This document shows positions 1 through 7,775 of a DNA stretch of 10,228 bases, piece after piece (the first letter of the stretch is position 1; the number at the start of each line of letters is the position of its first letter). The position numbers and the translations under genes are program-made. The notes beneath the pieces are model-generated. The model saw only the letters and a list, made by a program, of their open reading frames with translations. It searched no databases and was not told where the DNA came from. The stretch covers positions 1 through 10,228 of the forward strand of contig JAEOSH010000067.1 of assembly GCA_016840465.1 (NCBI GenBank), given 5' to 3'. This DNA is from Candidatus Baldrarchaeum yapensis (GTDB lineage Archaea; Asgardarchaeota; Baldrarchaeia; Baldrarchaeales; Baldrarchaeaceae).

Positions 1-2
1 AC

Positions 3-1076
3 CTTAGAGAGAAGCCCGTGAAGGAACATGCCGAACTCTACGGTGATCGTCTGTATACCATAGAGACGGATCGCGGGGACTTCGTCTTGAGGTACGCGGC
101 GTGCCACCAGCAGTTTGCGATGATAAAGGATTGGATAATTTCGTACAGGGATCTGCCGTTCGGGGCGTTTGAAATAGCCGATTCTTATAGGTACGAGCAG
201 AGCGGAGAAGTGGAACTAAGTTTTAGACTGAGGCGTTTCTACATGCCGGATCTTCATGTGTTTGTTAAGGATGAGGAGGAGGCGAAGGAGTGGCTTTTCA
301 GAATACACAAACTGATACTTGAGGAGATTAGAAGGCTGGGACGTGATTACGAGCTGCTGATAAACATGGTGAGCCCGCGGGAGTACGAGCGTTATCGGGA
401 TTTGATAGTTAAGTTGGCGAAGGACGTGAACAGGCCGGTTCTCGTGTCAATATATCCCGCGACGGGTGCAAACTACTACTGGACCATCAACATAGAGTAC
501 CACATTACGGATGTGATGGGCAGGCCTCGCGAGATAAGCACCGTGCAGATAGATATCGGCAACGCGGAGCGGTTTGGGATAAAGTACACCGACGAGAGTG
601 GGAAGACCCACTATCCTGCAATACTTCATACGGCAATCATAGGGACGGTCGAGAGGTTCATCTATACGCTGTTCGACACCGCATTGAGGAAGAAGAAGCC
701 CATGCTTCCCGTGTGGATTTCCCCGGTGCAAGTGAGGGTGATTCCGGTAAACCAGCAGTTGATGGAGTATGCAGAGAAAGTTGCAGATGAGATGGAGGCT
801 GCCGGATTCAGGGTTGACATAGATGACACGGACAGGCCGTTGAGCAGAAAGATCGTTGATGCAGAGAGGGAGTGGGTGCCCTATGTTGTTGTGGTCGGTG
901 AAAGGGAGAGAGAAAGCGGGACGATATCAGTTAGAATAAGAGAGGACGGAAGCACCGTGAGCATGAAGGTTCAAGATCTCATAAAAAGGTTGAAGGAGGA
1001 GACGAAGGGGTACCCGCGTCGTCCGATATACTTCGCGAGATATCTATCGCAACGCCCGGTGTTCTTGCGGCTTTAA
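3..1076 (+). CDS. thrS: Threonyl-tRNA synthetase, archaeal type: catalytic and anticodon-binding domains, 5'-truncated by the window edge
   Basis: Frame is open from position 3 (LREKPVKEHAELYGDRLY), so GTG18 is internal. Zn-site and class II motifs: RYAACHQQF, FRLRRFYMPDLH, ISTVQID, ILHTAIIGTVERF. C-terminal anticodon-binding domain: LPVWISPVQVRVIPV...WVPYVVVVGERE. Confidence 0.95.
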   Translation, partial: LREKPVKEHAELYGDRLYTIETDRGDFVLRYAACHQQFAMIKDWIISYRDLPFGAFEIADSYRYEQSGEVELSFRLRRFYMPDLHVFVKDEEEAKEWLFRIHKLILEEIRRLGRDYELLINMVSPREYERYRDLIVKLAKDVNRPVLVSIYPATGANYYWTINIEYHITDVMGRPREISTVQIDIGNAERFGIKYTDESGKTHYPAILHTAIIGTVERFIYTLFDTALRKKKPMLPVWISPVQVRVIPVNQQLMEYAEKVADEMEAAGFRVDIDDTDRPLSRKIVDAEREWVPYVVVVGERERESGTISVRIREDGSTVSMKVQDLIKRLKEETKGYPRRPIYFARYLSQRPVFLRL

Positions 1077-1080
1077 ATGA

Positions 1081-2397
1081 TCAGAAGAGTTTGGACGTCT
1101 TCCATGCCTCCAAGGCAACTCTCAACTCTTCTTTCTCTTTGGCGTATTCCTGTATCGATATTCCCTGCATTACCGCGTCTATGGCCTGCCTGAACGCCTT
1201 GGCACCCGCCCTTGGTCCCATCGGATGCGCATGAATTGCTCCTCCCGCTGCTATTACCACGTCATATCCGAGGTCCTGCACTATCTGGGGTACATGATTG
1301 ACGAGAATTCCACCGCTTGGCATCGGGAACGTTCTCTTGAGGTGGTAGAACGGGTAGGTCAGATTGTGTGCAACCTCTATGTATCGTTCCTTTAGGTACT
1401 GCGCCTTACCGAACGGTGCGGGATATACAACTATATCTGCTCCACAGATTCTGGTGAACTTGCCCATGATGAGAGTTGACGCGAGCCCGCACTCACGGCT
1501 CATCGAGATTGCTCCCGCGAAGTCCATATGCGCCAGAATTGGAACCTTTATACTTGGATCCTCCGCGAGGGTTCTCAGGGTTCCAAACCCGGCGGTTACC
1601 ACGTTTATCATGATTCCGTTTCCACCCAATTCGACGACCTTTTCGGCGAGTTCCAGCGCCTTTGGAGGATCATCTGTTATGTTCGGCGTGTATATTGTTC
1701 TCTCGCCCGTTTCCTCGTACGCCTTATCTGCCATTTCCATGTACTTTACAACCCTGTCCTCAACCTTATTGAACTCCGCATTTGCGAGAAGTTCATCATC
1801 CTTTATTATGTCGGACCCGCCGACCGCGGCCTCGTAGAACAACTTCGCACCGAGTTCCGGTGGGTACCCGGTACATGGCTTTATCATGTTATTCAGGAGG
1901 GGTCTCTTGTCGACTTTAAGATAGTTCCGGATTCCATCGATTCCGAACTTTGGCCCCTTGAAACCCTTTATGTACTTCCACGGGAATCTTACATCCAGCA
2001 GTTTCAGTTTCCCGTAGAAAGTTATATTTCCGGCGATAGTTGAGAGAAGCATTGGAAGTTGAGATCCGCAAAGGTTAACCACGGGGAACGCTATCTGGAC
2101 TATGAACTGGCGCCACCTCACGTCGCTCGGAATGTACCACTCGTGATATGGAACCTCATATATTCCGATGACTCTCGCAACGTGCTTTCTACGAACCTCA
2201 GCGGTTTCGCCCGGGACTGGCACCCATGTTCCGGTGCTCTGCTCTATCGCGGCCGACTGCATTATCTTCCTCGGGTCTATTCCTGTTGGGAGTGAAACAT
2301 AGTACGTTGCGATTACGAACTCCTCGGGATCTATTCCCTCGGGCAACGCCTCAGGCATGTCGAGGTACTCGTACTTTGGCACTTCTTCTTTGGCCAT
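1081..2397 (-). CDS. RuBisCO-like protein (form IV RLP), not a bona fide carboxylase
   Basis: RuBisCO large-subunit motifs: AIEQSTGTW, AGNIT, GPKFGIDG, IKPCTG, GGSDIIKDDELL, ILAHMD, PFGK, PMPSGG, AGGAIHAHPMGPRAGAKAFRQA. Positions equivalent to K177, R295 and H327 (spinach numbering) read C, M and V. ATG2397 lies 5 nt downstream of GGTGA (2407-2403); GTG2406 is the alternative start. Confidence 0.92.
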   Translation of the reverse strand: MAKEEVPKYEYLDMPEALPEGIDPEEFVIATYYVSLPTGIDPRKIMQSAAIEQSTGTWVPVPGETAEVRRKHVARVIGIYEVPYHEWYIPSDVRWRQFIVQIAFPVVNLCGSQLPMLLSTIAGNITFYGKLKLLDVRFPWKYIKGFKGPKFGIDGIRNYLKVDKRPLLNNMIKPCTGYPPELGAKLFYEAAVGGSDIIKDDELLANAEFNKVEDRVVKYMEMADKAYEETGERTIYTPNITDDPPKALELAEKVVELGGNGIMINVVTAGFGTLRTLAEDPSIKVPILAHMDFAGAISMSRECGLASTLIMGKFTRICGADIVVYPAPFGKAQYLKERYIEVAHNLTYPFYHLKRTFPMPSGGILVNHVPQIVQDLGYDVVIAAGGAIHAHPMGPRAGAKAFRQAIDAVMQGISIQEYAKEKEELRVALEAWKTSKLF

Positions 2398-2538
2398 CTT
2401 ACTCACCAGCCCCTAATTATCGTTCCGAAGATTATCAATAAAGGTTTTGCAGGAGCGTTGAGCCGTTGATATTACTGCTATCTCTCGACCCTATATACTT
2501 GCCCGCACCGACTAACAATCATATAGATGGCCATGTTA

Positions 2539-2570
2539 ATAATACTCATAAGGATGATCATAAGTATTAT
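2539..2570. promoter_or_regulatory. Imperfect inverted repeat (candidate operator) overlapping a TATA-like element upstream of the ATPase gene
   Basis: ATAATACTCATA-N8-CATAAGTATTAT: 12-bp arms match 10/12 and the outer 8 bp are perfect. It ends 2 nt before GTG2573 and overlaps TTAATA (2536-2541). TCATAAG also occurs twice (2546-2552, 2558-2564). Confidence 0.4.
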
Positions 2571-2572
2571 CG

Positions 2573-3979
2573 GTGAGAGTGTCGTTTGTAGACCGGGAAA
2601 ATGAACTGGAGTTCTTAGAGGAACGCTGGAGATCTGGGAGGGCGGAGATGATAATAGTTTACGGGAGGAGGTCCGTGGGGAAAACAGAAATAGTTAAGAG
2701 ATTTCTCAACGATAAACCACATTACTATTTCTTTGTGACAATGCAGGAGTTAGGCCCGCTATTAAGGACTTTCCTCGACCAAGTGGGGGGAGTGCTCGCA
2801 AAAATGAGCGTTAGAACCCTAGAAGACTTCCTCGAGGTGTTAGCGACTCTGATCGGAGAGTGCAGATGCGCGGTTGTATTTGACGAGTTTCAGAGACTTT
2901 CGGCAATACACCCCGGTGCGCTTTCAATTCTGCAAAAAATCTGGGACAAGAAGCTTCGCTACACGAGAATATTCCTTATACTCATAGGTTCCTCCGTCGG
3001 CGTAATGGAGAGAATAGGAAAATCCTACGAGAGTCCGCTGTATGGGAGGAGAACCGGGCTACTGGAAGTGTCACCGCTTGACTACTGGGCGGCGCGACTG
3101 ATGTTTCCCAATTACAGTGAGGAAGATAGGGTGCGGGCGTATGCGGTGGTAGGAGGTGTACCGGGATACCTAGTGTTGTTTGACCCCTCGGCCCCGCTTC
3201 TCGAAAACATCAGACAGATGATATTGAGGAAGGGCGCACCCCTCTACTTCGAGCCTGAGGTATTGTTACTGGAGGAATTGAGAAAACTCGAGCCATATTT
3301 TTCGATACTATCTGCCATTGCACAGGGATACACAAGATTTGGCGAGATAGCGGACGTTGCGGGGATCGAAACAACGAAGCTTCCGAAATACATGAATGTA
3401 CTTGTGAAAAGGATGAAAATAGTTGTGCACGAGAGGCCGCTATTGGAGAAGGGACGGGGAGTTTATAGGATAGAGGACGAGTTCTTCAGGTTCTGGTTCA
3501 GGTTCGTGTTCCCGAATAAGACACTACTTGAACTGGGCAAAACATCTGACGTCCTCGAGGAAGTCAGGCAAGAGATCGATCCTCACACCTCACTAACATT
3601 CGAAAAAGTCTGCAAGCAATTTCTGCTCAGGGCAAACGGGAACCCTGTGCGCAATGTGGAAATAAGATTCAACAAAATAGGAAAATGGTGGCATGGGGAG
3701 AGCGAGATAGACATCGTTGCGGTAGACGAGCGGCATCGACGCGTGTACTTTGTGGAATGCAAGTGGAGCGATGAGCCTGTTGACAGAAGCGTCTTGAATA
3801 AATTGATTGCAAAGAGTGAGGAGTTCAGATGGAGAAAGGGAGAAAGAACCGAGTATTTCGTTATTTTTTCCAAGAAAGGGTTCACATTTGAGCCAGAGGA
3901 GGGAGTTCTTCTGCTGTCACTTGAGGACATGAAAGCCTTTGCGGAAAAATCATTTCCCATAAGAATTTACCGATACTGA
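2573..3979 (+). CDS. Archaeal ATPase (COG1672/ATPase_2-like) with central winged helix and C-terminal DUF234-type PD-(D/E)xK nuclease-like domain
   Basis: N-terminal FVDRENEL, Walker A GRRSVGKT, Walker B VVFDEFQ, SPLYGRR, GGVPGYL. HTH-like ILSAIAQGYTRFGEIADVAGI...KYMNVL. IEDEFFRFWFRFV, then GKWW...EIDIVA...VECKW. Confidence 0.88.
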   Translation: MRVSFVDRENELEFLEERWRSGRAEMIIVYGRRSVGKTEIVKRFLNDKPHYYFFVTMQELGPLLRTFLDQVGGVLAKMSVRTLEDFLEVLATLIGECRCAVVFDEFQRLSAIHPGALSILQKIWDKKLRYTRIFLILIGSSVGVMERIGKSYESPLYGRRTGLLEVSPLDYWAARLMFPNYSEEDRVRAYAVVGGVPGYLVLFDPSAPLLENIRQMILRKGAPLYFEPEVLLLEELRKLEPYFSILSAIAQGYTRFGEIADVAGIETTKLPKYMNVLVKRMKIVVHERPLLEKGRGVYRIEDEFFRFWFRFVFPNKTLLELGKTSDVLEEVRQEIDPHTSLTFEKVCKQFLLRANGNPVRNVEIRFNKIGKWWHGESEIDIVAVDERHRRVYFVECKWSDEPVDRSVLNKLIAKSEEFRWRKGERTEYFVIFSKKGFTFEPEEGVLLLSLEDMKAFAEKSFPIRIYRY

Positions 3980-4091
3980 ATCCTCATTGTGTACATGGAA
4001 TCATTACAGCCTGCAACAGCAGATGAGTGCAGAAAAAGAATAAGACTGAAGTGAGAACCTTACAACTACAGATACTCGGGCCCCTCATCAA

Positions 4092-4436
4092 TTATTTTTC
4101 CCTTCTTAGGATCTCCTTCCTTCTACTCTTAAACCTCTTTATTTGCTCACTTAACTTGCTAAGGGCTTCTTCCACAACATCCAGTAGTCTCCAGCCGAGG
4201 GCATTCGTCTCAAAGGACCTCCCTGGCATTGCCAGCTGGACATTCACCTCGAAATGGTACCGCCCGGGCTGATCCTCCTTGGGCGGCCTGATGCGGATCT
4301 TCAAAAAGTTGACACCGGTAAGGACTCGTTGAAACCTGGTAATGTACTTCTGCACAACCTTATCCAGCGCACTCTTTTCATCATCAGGTATTTCTGTCAA
4401 CCCCTCTACGTATACGGGAATCCTATCTTCCTCCAA
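4092..4436 (-). CDS. Stand-alone HPF/RaiA-like (sigma-54 modulation/S30AE fold) putative ribosome hibernation factor
   Basis: 114 aa with the HPF beta-alpha-beta-beta-beta-alpha pattern: VYVEG / EKSALDKVVQKYITRFQRVL / FLKIRIR / YHFEVNVQLAMPGRSFETNALGW / LLDVVEEALSKLSEQIKRFK, plus a basic tail. TTG start 4 nt after GAGGTGG (4447-4441). An in-frame TAA at 4460-4458 excludes an N-terminal fusion. Confidence 0.72.
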   Translation of the reverse strand: MEEDRIPVYVEGLTEIPDDEKSALDKVVQKYITRFQRVLTGVNFLKIRIRPPKEDQPGRYHFEVNVQLAMPGRSFETNALGWRLLDVVEEALSKLSEQIKRFKSRRKEILRREK

Positions 4437-4542
4437 GTTACCACCTCGGCATTCACATTATAGAGTATGTGGATCATGAGGTACAATAATCAATCGTAAC
4501 GGGTACCTCCGAGGTTTAGACCAAACAGCTGATAACTGGGTT

Positions 4543-4818
4543 CTAGAGCGCACAGATGCGGATTTTTGCAGTCTTAAAAACTTCGTCATAAACAAAAATG
4601 AATAGGAAGTCTAAAGTTATCCCATCGTTATATAAGACAAAAAGTTTGACCGACCCGCCGGAGCACTCGCAAATGCACCTTATCCTTTCAATGTGGACCA
4701 TATCAAAGATTTTCTGAGCAACTTTTTTAATAAATAATGGATCAAATCCGAGGTGCACGTCCATTAGTTTGTCCCAATTTTTAATGGGAAAAATCCCCAT
4801 ATTTATTATATGGTACAA
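4543..4818 (-). CDS. Hypothetical small protein (doubtful)
   Basis: 91-codon ORF (TTG4818, or ATG4800) filling an otherwise empty AT-rich gap. No recognisable family and no clear RBS. Confidence 0.25.
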   Translation of the reverse strand: MYHIINMGIFPIKNWDKLMDVHLGFDPLFIKKVAQKIFDMVHIERIRCICECSGGSVKLFVLYNDGITLDFLFIFVYDEVFKTAKIRICAL

Positions 4819-4912
4819 ACGTGGATGTTTTTGGGTTTAAAAATGTAATCTGGCCCTAGGAGTCTCACTTCTACCTGTTAGTTGTAAAGTTGACCACCTT
4901 GGAGGGAGTATT

Positions 4913-5833
4913 GTGGGAGCGCCGAGATCAAAGTGGATATGGATGGACGGCGAACTCGTTTCTTGGGAAAATGCTAAGGTTCACGTGATGACTCATGCTC
5001 TACACTACGGATCCGCCGTATTTGAGGGAATAAGGTGCTATAAAACTGACGAGGGGGCAGCAATCTTCAGGCTTAAGGAACACATAGACAGACTTTTCTT
5101 CTCCGCCTCAATCTACAGAATGAAAATTCCATTCACGAAGGAGGAAATAATGAGAGCATGCATTGAGGTCGTCAAGGCAAATGAGTTCGAGGAGTGCTAT
5201 ATTCGACCTCTCGTGTATAGAGGGTACGGTGAAATGGGTGTTAACCCGCTGAACGTTCCGGTGAAGGTTGCAATAATGGCGTGGGAATGGGGGGCATACC
5301 TCGGAAAGGCCCAAGAGGTGGGCGCCCGCGTCATCATATCAACGTGGGTGCGGCCCGCACCCAATATGCTTCCGATGATGGCAAAGGTATCCGGGCATTA
5401 CACTAACAGTCAACTCGCAAAGATAGAGGCCGTCGAGAAGGGAGCGGATGAGGCGATACTCCTCGATCACAGAGGCTACATCTCGGAGGGAAGTGGAGAG
5501 AACATCTTCATCGTGAAAGATGAAGTCATATACACGCCACCGACGTACGCAAGCATACTCGTCGGGATAACGAGAGATAGCGTTATGAGAATAGCACGCG
5601 ACCTGGGTTACACCGTGATGGAGAAGGACATCACCAGAACCGAGCTATACAATGCAGATGAGGCGTTCTTTACAGGAACCGCCGCCGAAGTAACGCCCAT
5701 CGTCGAAGTTGACGGAATAAAAATTGGTGATGGGATGCCGGGCCCCATCACACGTAAGTTGCAAAAGGCATTCTGGGAGGTTGTTCACGGGAAGAACAAG
5801 AAGTACATCGGATGGCTAACATTTGTCAGGTGA
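4913..5833 (+). CDS. ilvE: Branched-chain amino acid aminotransferase (PLP fold type IV)
   Basis: [29 protein letters not shown], catalytic Lys in [46 protein letters not shown] at 4901-4905. Confidence 0.95.
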   Translation: MGAPRSKWIWMDGELVSWENAKVHVMTHALHYGSAVFEGIRCYKTDEGAAIFRLKEHIDRLFFSASIYRMKIPFTKEEIMRACIEVVKANEFEECYIRPLVYRGYGEMGVNPLNVPVKVAIMAWEWGAYLGKAQEVGARVIISTWVRPAPNMLPMMAKVSGHYTNSQLAKIEAVEKGADEAILLDHRGYISEGSGENIFIVKDEVIYTPPTYASILVGITRDSVMRIARDLGYTVMEKDITRTELYNADEAFFTGTAAEVTPIVEVDGIKIGDGMPGPITRKLQKAFWEVVHGKNKKYIGWLTFVR

Positions 5834-6634
5834 TCAGGGCATCACACCCGTGAACTTCCGTGGCCTCATCTTTTTCTTTTCTAGGAAATCACGCGATCGT
5901 TCACGGAACTCTTCGGTTGTCCATACCATCGCGGTTATGTCTCTAGCAAGTTGCCAGTTCAGCATAGCCAGATCTGTCCAGAATTTAAGACATGATTTTA
6001 TCACGCGAAACGCCTGAGGACTCACCCTGTTTATTACCTCAAGCGCAAGGTTACGCGCCTCTTCCTCCAGTTTATCGTCATCGACGATCCTGTTCACAAG
6101 TCCCAGCCTATACGCCTCCTCTGCAGAGAGTAACCTTCCCGTCAGTACCAACTCCCTTGCCCTCTTCTCTCCCACTATCAACGGAAGTAGCTGGACGCCA
6201 CCTCCCATCGCCGTTGATCCCACTATCACCTCAGGTTGGCCGAATCTTGCAGATTTTCCTGCAACTACAAGATCACACATCATGACGAGTTCATGGCCTC
6301 CCGCAACGCATGCTCCTTTAACCGCGGCAATAACAAGTTTTCCGGTCTCTCTTAACAGTTCTAATACCCTCCAGTACGCCTTTAGCCACCTCACCCCCCT
6401 CTCGAAGTCCTTCTCCATTATTTCCCGCAGGTCTGCGCCTGCACAGAATGCACGATCCTTGCTTGTGATTATAATTGCACAAATTTTCTCGTCCTTATCG
6501 GCTTTCACGAGGGCGTCGTATAGTTCATTAAGCATCTCAAGATGCAGGACGTTCATCTTCTCCGGATAGTTGAGTTTTATCCACAGGATCCTGTCATCAA
6601 CCGGATCCCTCTCCACCAATATCTTCTTGTACAT
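5834..6634 (-). CDS. Enoyl-CoA hydratase/isomerase (crotonase) family protein
   Basis: LNYPEKMNVL, AFCAGADL oxyanion-hole motif, GGHEL and FGQPE (both catalytic Glu positions), AEEAYRLGLVNRIV. GGAAGGAG RBS upstream of ATG6634. Confidence 0.9.
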   Translation of the reverse strand: MYKKILVERDPVDDRILWIKLNYPEKMNVLHLEMLNELYDALVKADKDEKICAIIITSKDRAFCAGADLREIMEKDFERGVRWLKAYWRVLELLRETGKLVIAAVKGACVAGGHELVMMCDLVVAGKSARFGQPEVIVGSTAMGGGVQLLPLIVGEKRARELVLTGRLLSAEEAYRLGLVNRIVDDDKLEEEARNLALEVINRVSPQAFRVIKSCLKFWTDLAMLNWQLARDITAMVWTTEEFRERSRDFLEKKKMRPRKFTGVMP

Positions 6635-6783
6635 TTAATCATCTCCTTCCTTCTTTAAGTATTCACTTATCACGGATCTCATGGAAATTTTTACGTGTCA
6701 CAAAGGCTGTTTCATGATTTTAAGTTTTAATTATCTCACTCTAGGAAAACATCTCCTTAAAGATGCCTTCATAGTGCCATATG

Positions 6784-6816
6784 TATTTATAGCCATAATG
6801 CCATACGGCATTATGG
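6784..6816 (+). promoter_or_regulatory. TATA box followed by a perfect palindromic operator for the toxin-antitoxin operon
   Basis: TATTTATA (6784-6791) is followed by CCATAATGCC-ATAC-GGCATTATGG (6793-6816), a perfect 10-bp inverted repeat. It spans the expected transcription start and ATG6813. Confidence 0.7.
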
Positions 6817-7103
6817 TGTTACTTATGTTGAGAGCGAAGATCGACAAGCGGCTCGAGCAAAGATTCAGGGAGATTGCCATGAAAAGGTTCGGATATACCA
6901 AGGGAGCGCTCAGTAGAGCAATGGAAGAGGCCATTTTGGTGTGGCTATCTGCAGTTGAAAAGGAAGAGGAGATAGAATTTGAGGGAGACCCCGTGGACGC
7001 AATAGACGGGTTGCTTTCCGATGTTGACATGGATTCGGTACAGTTACAACACAAGGCCAAGGAGATGTGGATGCAGAAGGTTGTGAAAGATGTATCTCGT
7101 TGA
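6813..7103 (+). CDS. vapB: Ribbon-helix-helix antitoxin (VapB-like)
   Basis: RHH pattern MLRAKIDKRLEQRFREIAMKRFGYTKGALSRAMEEAILVWL followed by an acidic C-terminus (EKEEEIEFEGD...DSVQLQHKAKEMW). Overlaps the PIN gene by 14 nt. True start is ATG6813 (about 22 nt after the TATA box, leaderless) or ATG6825, not 6681. Confidence 0.75.
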   Translation: MVLLMLRAKIDKRLEQRFREIAMKRFGYTKGALSRAMEEAILVWLSAVEKEEEIEFEGDPVDAIDGLLSDVDMDSVQLQHKAKEMWMQKVVKDVSR

Positions 7104-7506
7104 CACTAACATATTCCTTGAGGTCATGCTGTCACGGAAAAGAAAGAAGGAGTGCAAGGCCCTTCTCAGAGAACTTATGAACGGCAGGATCAGGGGTGTG
7201 GTGACCGATTTTTCGGTGCACTCCATCATGATAATAATGGAGGGTTTCGGGAAACTTAGCGAGTTGGAGGTCTTTCTGAGAAGCCTCAGAAGGTACAAGG
7301 GACTGTACGTTTATAAAACATCAATCGCTGACAACCTGAAGGCGGTTAAAATATGCAAGGATAAGGGATTGGACATCGATGATGCAATCCAATACGCGGC
7401 GGCCCTATCAATAAACGCAGAAGCAATCGTCTCATTTGATAGCGACTTTGATGGACTGAAGATTCCCAGAATTGAGCCTTACCAGATAATTAAGCGCCAA
7501 AAATAG
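7090..7506 (+). CDS. vapC: PIN-domain ribonuclease toxin (VapC)
   Basis: YLVDTNIFLE, E in FSVHSIMIIMEG, LDIDDAIQYAAA, IVSFDSDFD: the conserved acidic PIN active-site residues. 138 aa, translationally coupled to the upstream RHH gene. Confidence 0.92.
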   Translation: MYLVDTNIFLEVMLSRKRKKECKALLRELMNGRIRGVVTDFSVHSIMIIMEGFGKLSELEVFLRSLRRYKGLYVYKTSIADNLKAVKICKDKGLDIDDAIQYAAALSINAEAIVSFDSDFDGLKIPRIEPYQIIKRQK

Positions 7507-7775
7507 CATAACAGAGGCTTGCTCATAAGGATAATAATTTAGCAACTTAAATTGCCATACATCACTCGATAAAAACTTCCGTATAGTTAAAGGAGGCAGG
7601 AATTCTATAAGCAGAGATCCTTCATTGCAACTTTCCGGCACTGAAGCTGTTTCATAATTTTATAAAAATTTTTTGTTTACTAAGCTATAAAGCAAAGTTT
7701 TTTACACACATTTTTTACAATACAGTTCTACGTGGAGTAAGGATGCTCTTAATAAATTATAAAGCAACCTCCGCA

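Noticed and set aside
447-731. 94-aa minus-strand ORF
   Set aside because: Antisense shadow fully inside thrS; no motifs.
1081-2406. Calling the gene a true form III RuBisCO (rbcL)
   Set aside because: K177, R295 and H327 equivalents are substituted, and KDDELL plus the overall motif pattern fit form IV.
1364-2441. Four plus-strand ORFs (157, 171, 78 and 71 aa)
   Set aside because: Antisense shadows of the RLP with atypical composition (Ser/Arg-rich) and no RBS or motifs.
3995-4054. 19-codon mini-ORF MESLQPATADECRKRIRLK after the ATPase
   Set aside because: Too short, with no RBS or motif; indistinguishable from chance.
3583-4463. ORFs 3583-3960(-), 4027-4272(+) and 4254-4463(+)
   Set aside because: Antisense to the ATPase and HPF-like genes, which have clear family signals.
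5108-6569. ORFs 5108-5314(-), 5823-6017(+), 5992-6285(+) and 6282-6569(+)
   Set aside because: Shadows of ilvE and the crotonase gene.
6681-6812. 44-aa N-terminal extension of the antitoxin in the ORF track
   Set aside because: It runs through the TATA box and operator palindrome, is not RHH-like, and lacks an RBS.
7522-7532. CTCATAAGGAT identical to 2545-2555 upstream of the ATPase
   Set aside because: About a dozen exact 11-mer matches are expected by chance in 10 kb, and this copy lacks the second arm of the inverted repeat.
6731-7641. Minus-strand ORFs 6731-7060, 7044-7298 and 7432-7641
   Set aside because: Antisense to vapBC or running into AT-rich spacer; no recognisable motifs.
7660-7706. 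TTTTATAAAA palindrome and T-tracts between vapC and the radical SAM gene
   Set aside because: Low-complexity AT-rich sequence. T-tracts are plausible archaeal terminators, but no specific one can be supported.
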